64,000 nucleotides of DNA from the human T2T-CHM13v2.0 reference genome, Homo sapiens. The notes under the pieces were generated by a model. The model did no database searches and had not been told where the DNA came from. It worked only from the letters and a program-made list of their open reading frames with translations. Within the stretch, counting starts at the first letter, position 1, and each line of letters begins with the position of its first letter. The stretch lies in assembly GCF_009914755.1 (NCBI RefSeq), contig NC_060925.1, one strand, 5' to 3'. Of this stretch, positions 1-12,645 are shown in pieces. The position numbers and the translations under genes are program-made.

Positions 1-99
1 ATTGATGATCCCTGGGTATAGCACTAATATGAAATATAAGGGAAGTAAAAAAGTTTCACTATTTCCAGGTGTTTCTAGAAAATAAGGAGGTGATGGTGA

Positions 100-514
<415 letters not shown>

Positions 515-574
515 CCCTCACCTTTCTAATGACAAGTGGAAATATTCACACACACATAAAAATACACAAACCCC

Positions 575-718
575 TCCCTTTAAAGATAAGTGAAACCAGG
601 CTCAAGGAGGCTAATTAACCTGTCTCTGGTTACACAGCACATAAAGAGAAGAGTTAGAACTAAAAACCAGGTCTGCTGTGCTCCAAAGTCAGTGCTCTTT
701 CCACTACACTAAGCTGCC
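575..718 (-). mobile_element. MIR fragment
   Basis: Degenerate match to reverse MIR core, ending ccaggtctgctgtgctccaaagtcagtgctctttccactacac. Confidence 0.75.
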
Positions 719-1618
719 AGATGGCACTGACTGGAAGACTCCAGGCACTGCCCCCAGAAATATCTATCTGTTCATCATGGGACACGTTCCTCTACCATGA
801 TCTTCCACTGAGTGCCCTAATACGGAGATTACAAATAACAAGAGTAGTGTCAACTGATTGTCCTCCTTTGATGGCAGGTAACGAACCTAAAAATATACAT
901 TCTTTTCCTCAGGTCTTCCATCAAATTCCACTTCTGGAATGGGCACCATTTGACAAGCTGTATGTGCAGTGACACAATCCAATAAAAATAAAATGAAAAA
1001 AACAACTTTATTTTTCACTACTTACATCCCTCATTTGAATTGTGAATACTCTAGTTACATTTCATAAATCGCCTGCCTAGAAACTCATTTTGTGATGAAA
1101 TATGCCCCTATGTGACTTGTATTTGAAACCGTCTGGCTTGCTTTCAACAGCCTGGGTTAAAGAACTAGGGTGATAGATTTGTGAGGAACTCTAAAGGGCC
1201 TTTATGCCACTCTTTCTCACAATAGATGACCCAAATTGTCAGGTATTCTTTTTTCAGGAGTTAAAATATCTGCCCCAGGAGTCATCTAAATCTTAATAAG
1301 AGGGGGAAAAAAAACACTTCTATTTTGTAATATCAGGTAATAATATAGGAAACACACTAATGTCAAATAACAAAATAGGACATGAAACTGTATGAAGAGT
1401 ATGATGTCAACTACATATTATCCTGGAAGGCCAGTTTAAGGATGTAACTTCAGTTGTTAATAGTAGTTATTTTTGTTTTACGGAATTATGCATGGTTACT
1501 TTGTCCTTTCTAATTTCAGCAATAAGCATATATAGCTTTTAAAAAGTTAAATAATTGTAAAGAAAGTTAATATTTTCCAGAAATAGTCCTCAATATTATT
1601 CAGCATTTCATTCCTACC

Positions 1619-1685
1619 AAAAATCATTATATGAGGATATAACATTAACTGATAAAAATCATTATATGAGAATATAACATTAACT
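1619..1685. repeat. 35-bp tandem duplication
   Basis: aaaaatcattatatgag(g/a)atataacattaact at 1619-1650 and 1654-1685, one mismatch. Confidence 0.9.
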
Positions 1686-2012
1686 AATACCAGACACAAG
1701 GTTTGTCCCAGAAAAGAAGTTATACACCAATCTTGCTGATAAATATAGATACAAAAACCATTCCTTAACCTAACGAATCAAACCCACCAGGGTGTAGAAA
1801 ATAATAGCATTACAACCAAGTAAGATTTACCCCAGAAATGAATATTTAAAAATCTATCAGTTAAATCTGCCACAGTATAAATTATAAGAGGAAAAATATG
1901 TATAATCATTGAAATAAATACAGAAAAAGCCTATGATAAAATTCAACATGCAAATTTAGAATTTAAAAACACTTCCTAGAAAATAATACATAAAGGGGAA
2001 CTAACAAGGTAT

Positions 2013-2330
<318 letters not shown>

Positions 2331-2674
2331 TAGTAAAAACTTAAACATAACTTAAATGTAAGCTAGAAGCAATCAGGAACGAGATAAGGACATTTATTAT
2401 CACTAAATATTATAATGACAGATCCAGCCAATTAGAGAGAAAAAGAAGTAAGTACTTAAAGATTGATGAGAAACTTATTTGCAGGTTATATGCTGTCTCC
2501 ATAGAAAATCCAAGCATAGTTGGAGAAAGTATTAGTAATAAAAGAGCATAACGACATGGTTATATTCAAAATTCAATATCAGTATATAAACTGTTTATTC
2601 CTTTTAAAGTTGTATTAATTTTGTCCAAGTTAGCAAATTTGTTTAATGAAATACTATTACATCATCAAAACTGA

Positions 2675-3042
<368 letters not shown>

Positions 3043-3291
3043 CTTCTCTCTCATTTTAATATACATGTGCCTTGGCCCAGACAAATGTATAGAGAATAAT
3101 AATTGTTTATCACTGTTTCACAATTATAAACAATTGCAAAATATTGTTCTGGGACAAATTAGCTATATACTTTTCAAGAGCCCCTTGGGTATAAAACAGA
3201 ATAAGCAAAAATATCTATGCGATGGTGATGATGATGATGATGATACAGATGAAGAGGATGGGGGATGGGGGAGGAGGAAAAGAAGGAGATG

Positions 3292-3651
3292 TGGTGTGTT
3301 ATGCATATCTGTGTTTCACCAAAATCTATATGTTAAAGCCCTGAACCCCAGTGGCATGGTGTTTGGAAATGGGGCCTTTGGAAGGTAATTATGGTTAGAT
3401 ACCATTGTGAGTGTGGGGCTCTTGTGATGGGAAAGAAGAGAAGGAAAGAGTTTGGTCTTCCTCTACCACGTGAGGACATGGTGAGAAGATGACCATCTAT
3501 GAGCCAGGAAGAGAGCCCTCACCAGGAACCAAATTGGCTGGCACTTTGATCTTAGACTTTCTAGCCTCCAGATCTGTGAGAAACATGTTTCTGTTGTTTA
3601 AGCTGTCAAGTCTATGGTATTTTCTTGTGGCAGCTCAAGCTAATTAAGACA
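3292..3651 (+). mobile_element. MLT1A-type MaLR solo LTR
   Basis: TG...CA ends, 5-bp TSD agatg; motifs ggggcctttggaaggtaatt, gccctcaccaggaacc, ttgatcttagactttctagcctccag. Confidence 0.9.
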
Positions 3652-3654
3652 AGA

Positions 3655-3772
3655 TGAATGATGAAGGAAGAGAAAAAGAGAAAAGAGTGGAGAGGAGGGA
3701 AATGGAGAAAGATGACAGGGAAGGGAGGGGAAGAGAAGGAGAAAAGGAAAAGGGAGGAAAAAGAGGAAGAAG
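3655..3772. repeat. GA-rich low-complexity purine tract
   Basis: Almost purely G/A on the + strand. Confidence 0.85.
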
Positions 3773-3794
3773 ATCACAGCTAACCTTTGTTAAG

Positions 3795-3985
3795 CATTTA
3801 ATACATGCCAAGTAATAAGTATTTTATTTGCCTTATTTTCATTAATCTTCATAGTGAGCCTTTGAAGTCTGTAATATTATATACCCATTTTATAAGAGAG
3901 GAAAATGAGGATCAGGTTAAATACTTTCAAAGGTCACATTGTGAGAAAGTGGTAAAGCCAGAATTTGAATCCAGCTCTGCCTACC
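3795..3985 (-). mobile_element. MIR
   Basis: cccattttataagagaggaaaatgaggatcaggttaaatactttcaaaggtcaca...gaatttgaatccag. Confidence 0.75.
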
Positions 3986-5249
3986 CAAATCCCATGATAT
4001 TAGCCAGTCCATGGAGGACACTCCTCACATATGTATTATGTTGATTTCAGAGTTTTTTTAGGACATGAAGATGAGGAGGTTCAAAAAGGGTCACCTTCAT
4101 GCTCTCATCCCAAATCCCCAACTGAGCCAATGTCCTGAAAACCTGAATCCTCTCTGCAGAATACTTCTGGTTTTGCATGTTAAAATGAAGAATGAAAAAA
4201 TATGCACTAAGATAACATTTTTAATGCATTAAGCATTCAAGAGTGCAGGTTTAGTGGAAAGGTTAAATTTAAGGCAAAAATATAACTTGTCAGTTTCCAC
4301 TGAAAAAGCATTTGAATTCTAGTACATACTGGGCTCTGCGACCTCTTTTTTCTTTTTCCACACAGCAGTCTCCCAAGACATGTTCTTTCACCCACTTACT
4401 TTCTTTCTATTATTCTTAGACCATGATGCATAGAAAACAAGGTTTACATTAATTTTTAGGGAACAAAATAGACTGCCTCCAAAGTATTTGTGTTTCAAAT
4501 AAACATCAAAAGCAAAATTTATAGTCCTTCCTGGGCTTCTGGCTGTCAAAGAGCTGCATATGTATTACAGTTATGTCCCTTACTTCATATAGAGTGTCAG
4601 ACAAATGCCATCACAAAACATAACTGGGCAGGCACAACGATGTCTCAAACAAATCACTGCCTATACAAAGAAGTCAAGGGCATCCCAGTTTGCAAGCCCA
4701 CATTGACAGATTTCAAGACCTGAGAGAGAGCTCTGTCAATCCTCTCCCATGCAGCTGAGAAAACAAGGGAGAGAGAGCAGAAACTACAGGGAGAAAACAC
4801 ACACACACAGAGAGAAAGAAGTTGCTCATATTTAATTGGCAGGGGTGAAGCTTACTGAAAAACATGGTCCTAAAGCCATGGGGCTAAATTCTCCAGAAAA
4901 CACGAAAAGTGACAGAATTACTTTATCATCACACTATGCCTGCAAATCTTCATTGCCAGATATCTCTGGCTCCTCTCTGCCAAGCACTTTCTAAGTGCTG
5001 AGACTTAAAATGTGAACGAAACATCTAGCTCCAAAGGAGTTTATGCAGGACATTTTTAATAAAGCAAAACACTAACCAAGTGCTAATGAAACAAAACAAA
5101 TAAAAACATTTACATCAATTTTGGGAGTAAGAAAAGGCTCCCCCAGGAGGCTCCCCTAAACTCAAACCTAGTGAATAAGCAGGAGTCAGTTCAGGAAAAA
5201 AAAAAAAATGAAGAGCAACAGAAAAGGATTTCGGGCTGGATTAAGAGTC

Positions 5250-5436
5250 CAGTGGTTCTTAAAGTAGGGTCTCTGGACCAGCAAGACTGGCATCACCTGG
5301 GAACCTGTTTTAAATGCAGAGTCTTGGGTCCTACCCTAGATTTACTGAATCTGACACTTTGAGATGAGACTCAGAAATGAAGGCTTTATCAAGCCCTCCC
5401 AGTGATTCGGGTCCAGCCGGAGTTTGACAACCACTG
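5250..5436 (+). mobile_element. MER5A-type hAT-Charlie MITE
   Basis: TIR-like ends cagtggttctt...acaaccactg; internal catcacctgggaacctgttttaaatgcaga. Confidence 0.85.
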
Positions 5437-5562
5437 GTACAGGCGATGATGAACTACAGAATATCTGGAGGGTAAACAGGGATGGGGAAGGGGGGTGGTT
5501 AGGCAGAGATGTTGCTGGAGGGATGCATAGAAGGCATATGCAGAAAAACTTTGTATATTATG

Positions 5563-5878
5563 AGAAAAGTTTTGGATCTTATCTGGAGAATAATGAAGAG
5601 CCATTACATTATTATATTATGAATACGAAACACACAAAATTACTATTTAAAAATATATGTGATCATAAAGATACTCCTTTATATCATTCCAGATATTTAA
5701 AAACTCATTCCTGTGCAGAAAAGTTTTGGATTTTATCTGGAGAATAATGATGAACCATTACATTATTATATTATTAACACAAAACACACAAAATAACTAT
5801 TTAAAAATATATGCAATCATAAAGATATTTCTTTATATCATTCCAGAGATCTAAAAACTCATTCCTGTGCAGAAAAGT
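5563..5878. repeat. 154-bp tandem duplication (2 copies, about 13 mismatches)
   Basis: Units start at 5563 and 5717; agaaaagt recurs at 5563, 5717 and 5871. Confidence 0.95.
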
Positions 5879-5910
5879 AGCCATTAAAAAAAGGTCAAAT
5901 TCAGCCCTAC

Positions 5911-5977
5911 CTTTCTTTCTGGAGTCTTTCTTGGCGCTGGTTTTCACAGCTACTTGAAGTTCTGTCTCAGTTGACAT
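5911..5977 (-). CDS. DAB1: Disabled-1 (DAB1) first coding segment, MSTETELQVAVKTSAKKDSRKK+G (phase-1 donor)
   Basis: Reverse complement reads ATGTCAACTGAGACAGAACTTCAAGTAGCTGTGAAAACCAGCGCCAAGAAAGACTCCAGAAAGAAAG|gtaggg, which matches the recognised DAB1 N-terminus. 67 nt, followed by a GT donor at 5910-5909. Confidence 0.97.
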
Positions 5978-5989
5978 CCTACTTAATCC

Positions 5990-6097
5990 TTAGTCCACTT
6001 CACACAGATCCCGGGCCTCGGCCAGGCTCATTGAGGACTCTTCTCCAAGAGAAAGACTCCTCCCTTCAGAAATGACACTCTGAGCTGCACATTTCAT
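5990..6097 (-). other. Upstream ORF (35 aa) in DAB1 5'UTR, in frame with the main CDS
   Basis: ATG at 6097-6095, TAA at 5992-5990, MKCAAQSVISEGRSLSLGEESSMSLAEARDLCEVD*. The ORF is visible in the sequence; translation is not demonstrated. Confidence 0.6.
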
Positions 6098-8289
6098 TCA
6101 CTCTTTTTGAGTGCTGCAAATCAAGGCAAGAGAACATTCAGAATCATCACTGTTATGAAGTTAAACAGAAATTTATAAAAAGTGAATTGGCAAACATATA
6201 CAAACAAAATCTTGGTCTTTATGCAAAAACTGCTCCCATGGTTTCATGAAGGCATTGATAGGGTTTATACAGCAAAGGGAATGAGAGGCTTAGCGGCAAA
6301 ACTGCTTCTCAAACTAGGTAACTCAAAATAGATCTTTAAAAGTCTAGATTTATAAGAGGGACAAAACCCAACTCTGTTTTCTATGTTTCTTATTTTCAAG
6401 CACTAGATCCCAACCAGAATATATAGCAAAGGTATGTCCTGACCAGCCCCATGGAGACATTTCCAATAAGAGAGCACCCATCCATCAGCCAAGCTTGATC
6501 AGCACCTTGGCAGCAAAAGCAGATCATATGGAAGTAACCTGTGGTCTGTCCCTCACTGGCAGGCATCAGAGGGGGCATGGAGTTGACATACAAATGGGCT
6601 CCAAGGATAAGGTGACAAATGGGGCCAAGAAACATTCCAGCAAGCCAATTTTTATGTCAGATTTTCCTCCAGCTATAAGAGCAGACAAGCATTTAATGTG
6701 CAGAGAAAAAGAAAAGAAACAGGCAGACACAGATTTCATTCATTCATTCTCTAATAAATGTGCATTGAATAATACCAGGTGCTATTAAACTCAGACACCG
6801 TGCTAGGAACAGAATAATGATAATACAACCACTTCACTTACAGGTAATATTTACTATATACCATGCCCTTAGCTACTGCTTCACATATAGTGTCTCACTC
6901 GATCTCATTTAAATTAAACAAATATACAGTATTCTCTTTGATAATAGTCCTTTCTTGTGACTATCTGATAGTTATATCTGAGAGTTCTATTAAAAAGTAA
7001 ACATTTCACCAATTTCCACTTTTGAAAAATATTAAGAAAAAGCTATTAGAAATGGATCTTCGAATTGTGCAGCCAATTCTTAGTTCATCCCACAGATGTA
7101 GAATGGTTTAATAGAAAACGACTGACCTCAAATGCCAGTTTCAGTTCAAAAAGAATAATGACCCCAACCTCTTAATCATGACAATCTAGTTAATCTTAAC
7201 CAGAAAGTCTAATATAAAAGCCACATAAAATTATAGTAAAGCTTCAATATGAGGAAATTCCCACCTTAATCCAAAGGTATCTGTTTTGTTTTATTTATAT
7301 ATAAGCTACCTATTTTTTAAAAAGGAAATGGCCCAAATGAAAGTACTTGATCTGGTGAATCTAAGGCTACAACTAAGAAAAACAGAAAGTTATCTTTGTA
7401 AAACAGGGTCCATGAAACCATACACAGAAAATGAGAATTTATCCTGTCACTTTTATACCATCTATCTATACCTTGTCACCAGCACCCACACCCTTTCCAG
7501 ACCCTCGTCTCTAAGACAACGTTCAATGGGAGATGGCAGAGTCACAAAATTTGGTCATGTATAAACATAATAAAATTTATTAATAATATTTACCATTTCA
7601 TTGCAGCAAATATTTAGTAAGAATCTGCTATGGGCCAGATACAAATACTAGCTCATTCATGTTAACAGACATTTACCATGTAACCATGCTGGCCAAGAGT
7701 ACATAGTCAAGGGTTGTTTCCTGTCCTCCAAGAAGCTCAGTCTAACAGAGGTATCAGTCATGTAAGGGACGGCAACACACACATGTGAGCAAAACTAAAA
7801 CAGGTATAAATACCACGCACACTGGGGCGGAAAGATGCAAGTATTCATCTTTGCTTGGAAGGGTTAATAAAGCTTCAAAGAGGATAAGCCCTACTCTGTG
7901 AGATGTTGAAAAGCTATGTTTCTGTCAAAAGGACGATAAGGGAAAGGACCACCAGCTTCTCAATAATTGTATGTAGAATGAATGAATGAATGAATGAGTG
8001 GTTGTCTCAGGCAGAAAGATCAGCATGTGTAAAAGCAAGGAGGGGTGAAATCAACAACCAAACCAGTAAAAGGAGGCACGACTCTAGCAGGGAGGTGATG
8101 CACTTCCCCATCTTCCCAGTTTTTCCTTGTGCTGCTATCTTTCTATGGAATCTCTTGTCTCAAGTCTGCCTGGACATTCTATTGAATCCTCAAGGTTCAG
8201 TTCAAAGAGACATCACAGGCAGAAAGATGTTCTGATCTCTGTAGCAAAATAGACTCTTTCCCAACTTATTTTATGATTTGATTTTTGGA

Positions 8290-8490
8290 CAACTTCAGTT
8301 CCAGCCCCTTACAAGCCACATGATTTGAGGAAGTTACTCAACCTTGTCTTTGCCTCAGTTTCTTCATCTGTACAATGGGGATAATAGTGCCCACTGGGGG
8401 AGCTGTTGTGGCAATTAAGTATGATCACACACGTAATGTGATTGGAAGAGTGTCTGGCATGCCTCCTGGTAAGCATTTAATAAATATTAG
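8290..8490 (+). mobile_element. MIR
   Basis: gcctcagtttcttcatctgtacaatggggataatag core and 3' tail. Confidence 0.85.
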
Positions 8491-9539
8491 GCACATAAAT
8501 TCCTGTGCCACTTGCTCAAGGCCACCTGGCCGGTATGTGACCGAAAGTCTGTATTATCTCCCCTTTACAAAGGAGGAAATTGATACAAGTTAATTTTGCT
8601 GTCTCAGGATGAATTGTAGGAAATGGTATCATGTTGGTCTTGGACACAGTAGGTACCTAATCTATAAATTCAGAAAGTAGCTGAAATATATGGATTTTAC
8701 ACATTTTCAAGAATTTTTTAAAATCAATTGTATAAAACTGGATTGGATTTGGGCCATTTTCTCTTCTTCAACCTTATAAATCACAATATAGCATCTCTCC
8801 TTATTTCTATCTTCAAAGATGTTTGTTCAACAAAATATGATTATGTTCAAGTGTTACAAGCATTACTTGTGAATTTCTGAAGTACATCCCTACATCAATA
8901 ATGAAAGGAAACCACCATCATTCTGAATAAAAACTTAAATAAGGAAGCTACAGTACTGTGAGAATGTACCACAGTGTGGACCCTGGCATCCCCTTTAATT
9001 TTCCAAAAGGCAGAGGTTGAGCAAATGCTGTGAAGTAACTCCAAATTATTTAGGAAATTCGCTTCTTTGTAATTAAGGAGATTAAAGTCCTCCAGGGCCA
9101 GAAACCATGTGACAACTCAAATCATTTTCCCCAGTAAAGGCTGTGAAATCCTATCAGTTAAATTCAGGCTTGCCTGGAATTTTGAAATGCTTCAATAATA
9201 TTTCTTTGCTCCACACAATCTGCAGTAATTTAATATTCCTGAAGTGTGTCAGGTTTTTTATAATGAGCTCTTCAAATCTAAATGTGAATTATGTAACATT
9301 CCACTACAGACATTCTGTCTAGTGAACTGCTTCTAAAATGTAAAATTTCATGTTTATTGATGGGGTGGGGGCCAAAAACACTAAACCACAAAGCAGAGAA
9401 AACAGATATGCCTTTTTTTTTTAAACAAAGCATGAAGGTTTCAGCAGCTACAACAGAACAAACACACACTAAACCCATACTATAACACACATTTGTGTTC
9501 TTTCTTTCCCCCTTTTCTCATATAATCCTACAATAAAAC

Positions 9540-9775
9540 AGCTATTATTTATTGAGGGCCCATTATTTGCCAAGTATTATGCTATGAGCTTTTCTGGCAT
9601 TATTTGATACAATTCATTCAACTATTTTAAGAATCCAATATAATTATCTACATGAAACAAACGAGGAAACTGAGGCACAAGCCAGCTTAGGCGCTTGTCC
9701 AAAGCCACATAGCTAGTAAATAGCACAGCACAAGGCAAGTTACAAGACACTCGTCTCTCCAACTTCACTCAAAGC
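9540..9775 (-). mobile_element. MIR
   Basis: gaggaaactgaggcacaag...cttgtccaaagccacatagctagtaaat. Confidence 0.8.
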
Positions 9776-9784
9776 CCTCCCAGA

Positions 9785-10180
9785 TTTCCATTAGTGGGTG
9801 AATGGAAAAACAAAATATTGGTGCAATGGAATATTACTCAATTGTATAAAGGAAATGTAGTACTGATACACACTGCAACGTGGATGAACCCTGAAAACAG
9901 CAAGGCAAGTAAGTTAGACAAAATATGTTGCATACTGTATGATTTCACTTATATGAAATATCCTAAATAGACAAATCCCTGGAGATGGAATGCAGATCAG
10001 TGGTTGCCAGAGGCCAGGGGAGGGGCATAAGGTTGAGGAACTGCTTAATGGGTATGGGGTCTTCTTTGGAGTGATGAAAATATTTTGGAACCAGACAGAA
10101 GTGAGGGTTGCACAACATCATGACTATAATAAATACCACTTTAAAATGGTTAATTTTATGTCATGTGAATTTCACCAGAA
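9785..10180 (+). mobile_element. L1MB/ME 3'UTR fragment
   Basis: caatggaatattactca, tggatgaaccctgaaaac, atcagtggttgccagagg, ctttaaaatggttaattttatg. Confidence 0.85.
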
Positions 10181-10599
10181 TTAGGAAAACAAAACCCCTC
10201 CCAACCTGATATGAGCCTTGTGTGATAACACTAACGCCACTGCAAATTTCAGTTTAAAAACATAATGTAGTGCTAAAAGACAGATGAAAATGTAGTTTTC
10301 CCAAAACCAAGACTTTGAGTTTGTGTGGCAGTAACTGCATGCATTAAAACTGTATGTCACAATTGGCATGTTTTATGATTCGATATCTTAGACTTAGCTT
10401 CATCCAAGGTATAAAGCACAGAAAACAGGACATTTATCAACAAGGCCCAAAGGTTTATAACAGTACAGACAAGAAGCCTCAGTTTCCTCATCAGTAAAAT
10501 GGGAACACCACCACCAAGTATGTGAGATTTGGAAGATAAATGAGATTTGGGCATTAAAAAGCCTAGCTCAATCTATAGCATGCTACCTTTTATCTTTAC

Positions 10600-12645
10600 A
10601 AAAAGATACACAGGATAAACAAACCAGATAACATGGAAGTTGTTTTTCATAGGGAGAACTGGGTGGTGATGTGACTGGGTGCCAGGGTAAAAGGGTTATG
10701 GCAGAGGGTGATACTCCTCAGAATACAGCTTTTTGCATAATTTCCACATTTGGAAGCATATTAATGTTCTACATATCTGAAGAAAATTAAATTAATAGGG
10801 ATGGTAAGGGGGATCGTAGAACTAAAAGCAGACTGAAGCAAATCAATTCAATTTTATGTTAAATGGGCATCATAAGCACACTTGCTAAACAGGTGGAAGA
10901 GAAAAAACTTTATCAAATAACTTATAAACACAGAATTGGATGGCACACACCCAGTCTTGGGTAGAGTTGAAGCAAGAGCAGCAGCAAGCAAATTCTGAGG
11001 TCTTTTTAGCAGGCTTGTTTTCTGTAGTGTTATGAGCAAAGCAATTCTGAAACTATTTTCGATGTTCTATAGAATGGAGCAAAGGAGTAAATGCAGATAT
11101 TGTTGGGAGCCAAGCTTCTCCTATGGGACAAGAGATGTTAAAATAGGGAAAGGAAAGCAGGAAAGAATGCTAAAGTGATAGACTGAAAATTGTAGGTTTC
11201 AAAGTAAACTCAGGATTTATAAAATATGCATGCATCTGTATATAAATGTATAGGTATGAATGTATATATGTGTTGATATGCAACTATTTCCTATCTCTGT
11301 CCATTAAGAGGGCCTAGGAGCAAAGATACTCTAGCAACAATGAGATAACTAATACTTAGATTTTGGTTTCTGTTATCATTTTTCAGCAAAAGAAACCAAG
11401 GTTTCTTGGGGGAAATGAATTATTTCAGAGCTGGCGCATGGCAGGTACAAAATGAGCCTGAAATATCTTGTTATTCCAGAAATTAAGTGCTCAAAACAAA
11501 CAAAAAATGATGAGAGAATTTTATAAAGGATACAGAAGCCATCATGAAGAGTTCTCACCAGCCTAATTAGGAATGATTTAAATACCGATATAATTAAGGA
11601 TGGTAATAAATAATAAACCATTGAAAAAATAGAAATCCACAAATCTATACTGATGACAGACAGACAAACAAATGGGGTAAGAATGGAAGGCTGTCTTGCT
11701 TATAGCAGAACAGGTGCTGACTGGTAAACACAAAGGGAGTGCTGGAGTTATCAAATCAACATTTTGCAGCCATCAGAGTAAAGACTGGTCAGGCAAGAAT
11801 CATCAACAGATGCTAAGTCCGGGAAAAATTTTTGATAAGAAGCAGAATATTTGCAGGTCTTAAACTGTCTTCGCACTTATTGTTTATCAGTTCCAAGGGA
11901 AACTTTGTAATTATACAGTGGAGAAATTGGACAAAACGTTGTTAACAAAATTAACATCAACAAACAGGGGCAGATGGATAGCATGTGATACCCTGAGCAG
12001 AACATAACATCACTATGCAGTACTGTGTAGTGTTCTGGCCAGGAATCTAATCAGATTAGGCATTTAAGAAATCGGAAGGGGAGAGCTGTATTCACTGAAA
12101 ATGTAATAAAAGACAAAGAGAAGCTGTGGAAATATTTTAGATTAAAAGAAATTAAGCCAAAATAACAATTAAATGCCATATCTATACAGGATATTGTACT
12201 GGAGAGAAAAGAAATGTTAGCCCCTCAAAATTATTGAGCCAGTTGATAAACTTGAATATGAATGGTAAGTTAGGTAAACATATTGCATTAATGGTAAATT
12301 TATTTAACTTGAAAACTTTCCTGTGATTATATAAAATAATATAGCTGTTTTTAGGAAACACACTAAATATTCAGGAGTAAAGGGCCAAGATATGTGCACC
12401 TTATATTCAGATGATTCAGAAAAAACACATATACATGTATACATGTATGTGTATGCATATATGTGTGAATATATATATATGTATATACGTACATACATAG
12501 AGAGAAAACACACAAATGATAAATCAAGTAAGATAAAATATCAGCAATGAGTGATACTAAGTAAAGGGCATTGGGTGTTTTTTGCTTATTCTTATGCTTA
12601 TACTTCTTCCTGTAATTGTGAGATTATTTCCAAATTAAGAAAAGG
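10600..12645 (+). mobile_element. L1MC-type long 3'UTR relic (contains AT/AC microsatellite at about 12425-12500)
   Basis: L1MC-like motifs: aaagaaaccaaggtttcttgggggaaatg, aaaatgagcctgaaatatcttgttattccagaaa, taggaaacacactaaatattcaggagtaaaggg. Confidence 0.75.

Larger units (their letters stand above)
5911..6113 (-). other. DAB1: DAB1 start-codon exon (203 nt: 136 nt 5'UTR + 67 nt CDS)
   Basis: Acceptor ttctcttgccttgatttgcag|CACTC (AG at 6115-6114); donor AAG|gtaggg. The 136-nt UTR agrees with recalled c.-136 numbering. Confidence 0.92.

Noticed and set aside
8388-8405. CTCF-like motif tgcccactgggggagct (also ggccagggggtcag at about 31493)
   Set aside because: Both deviate from the core consensus at key positions; the first lies in a MIR.
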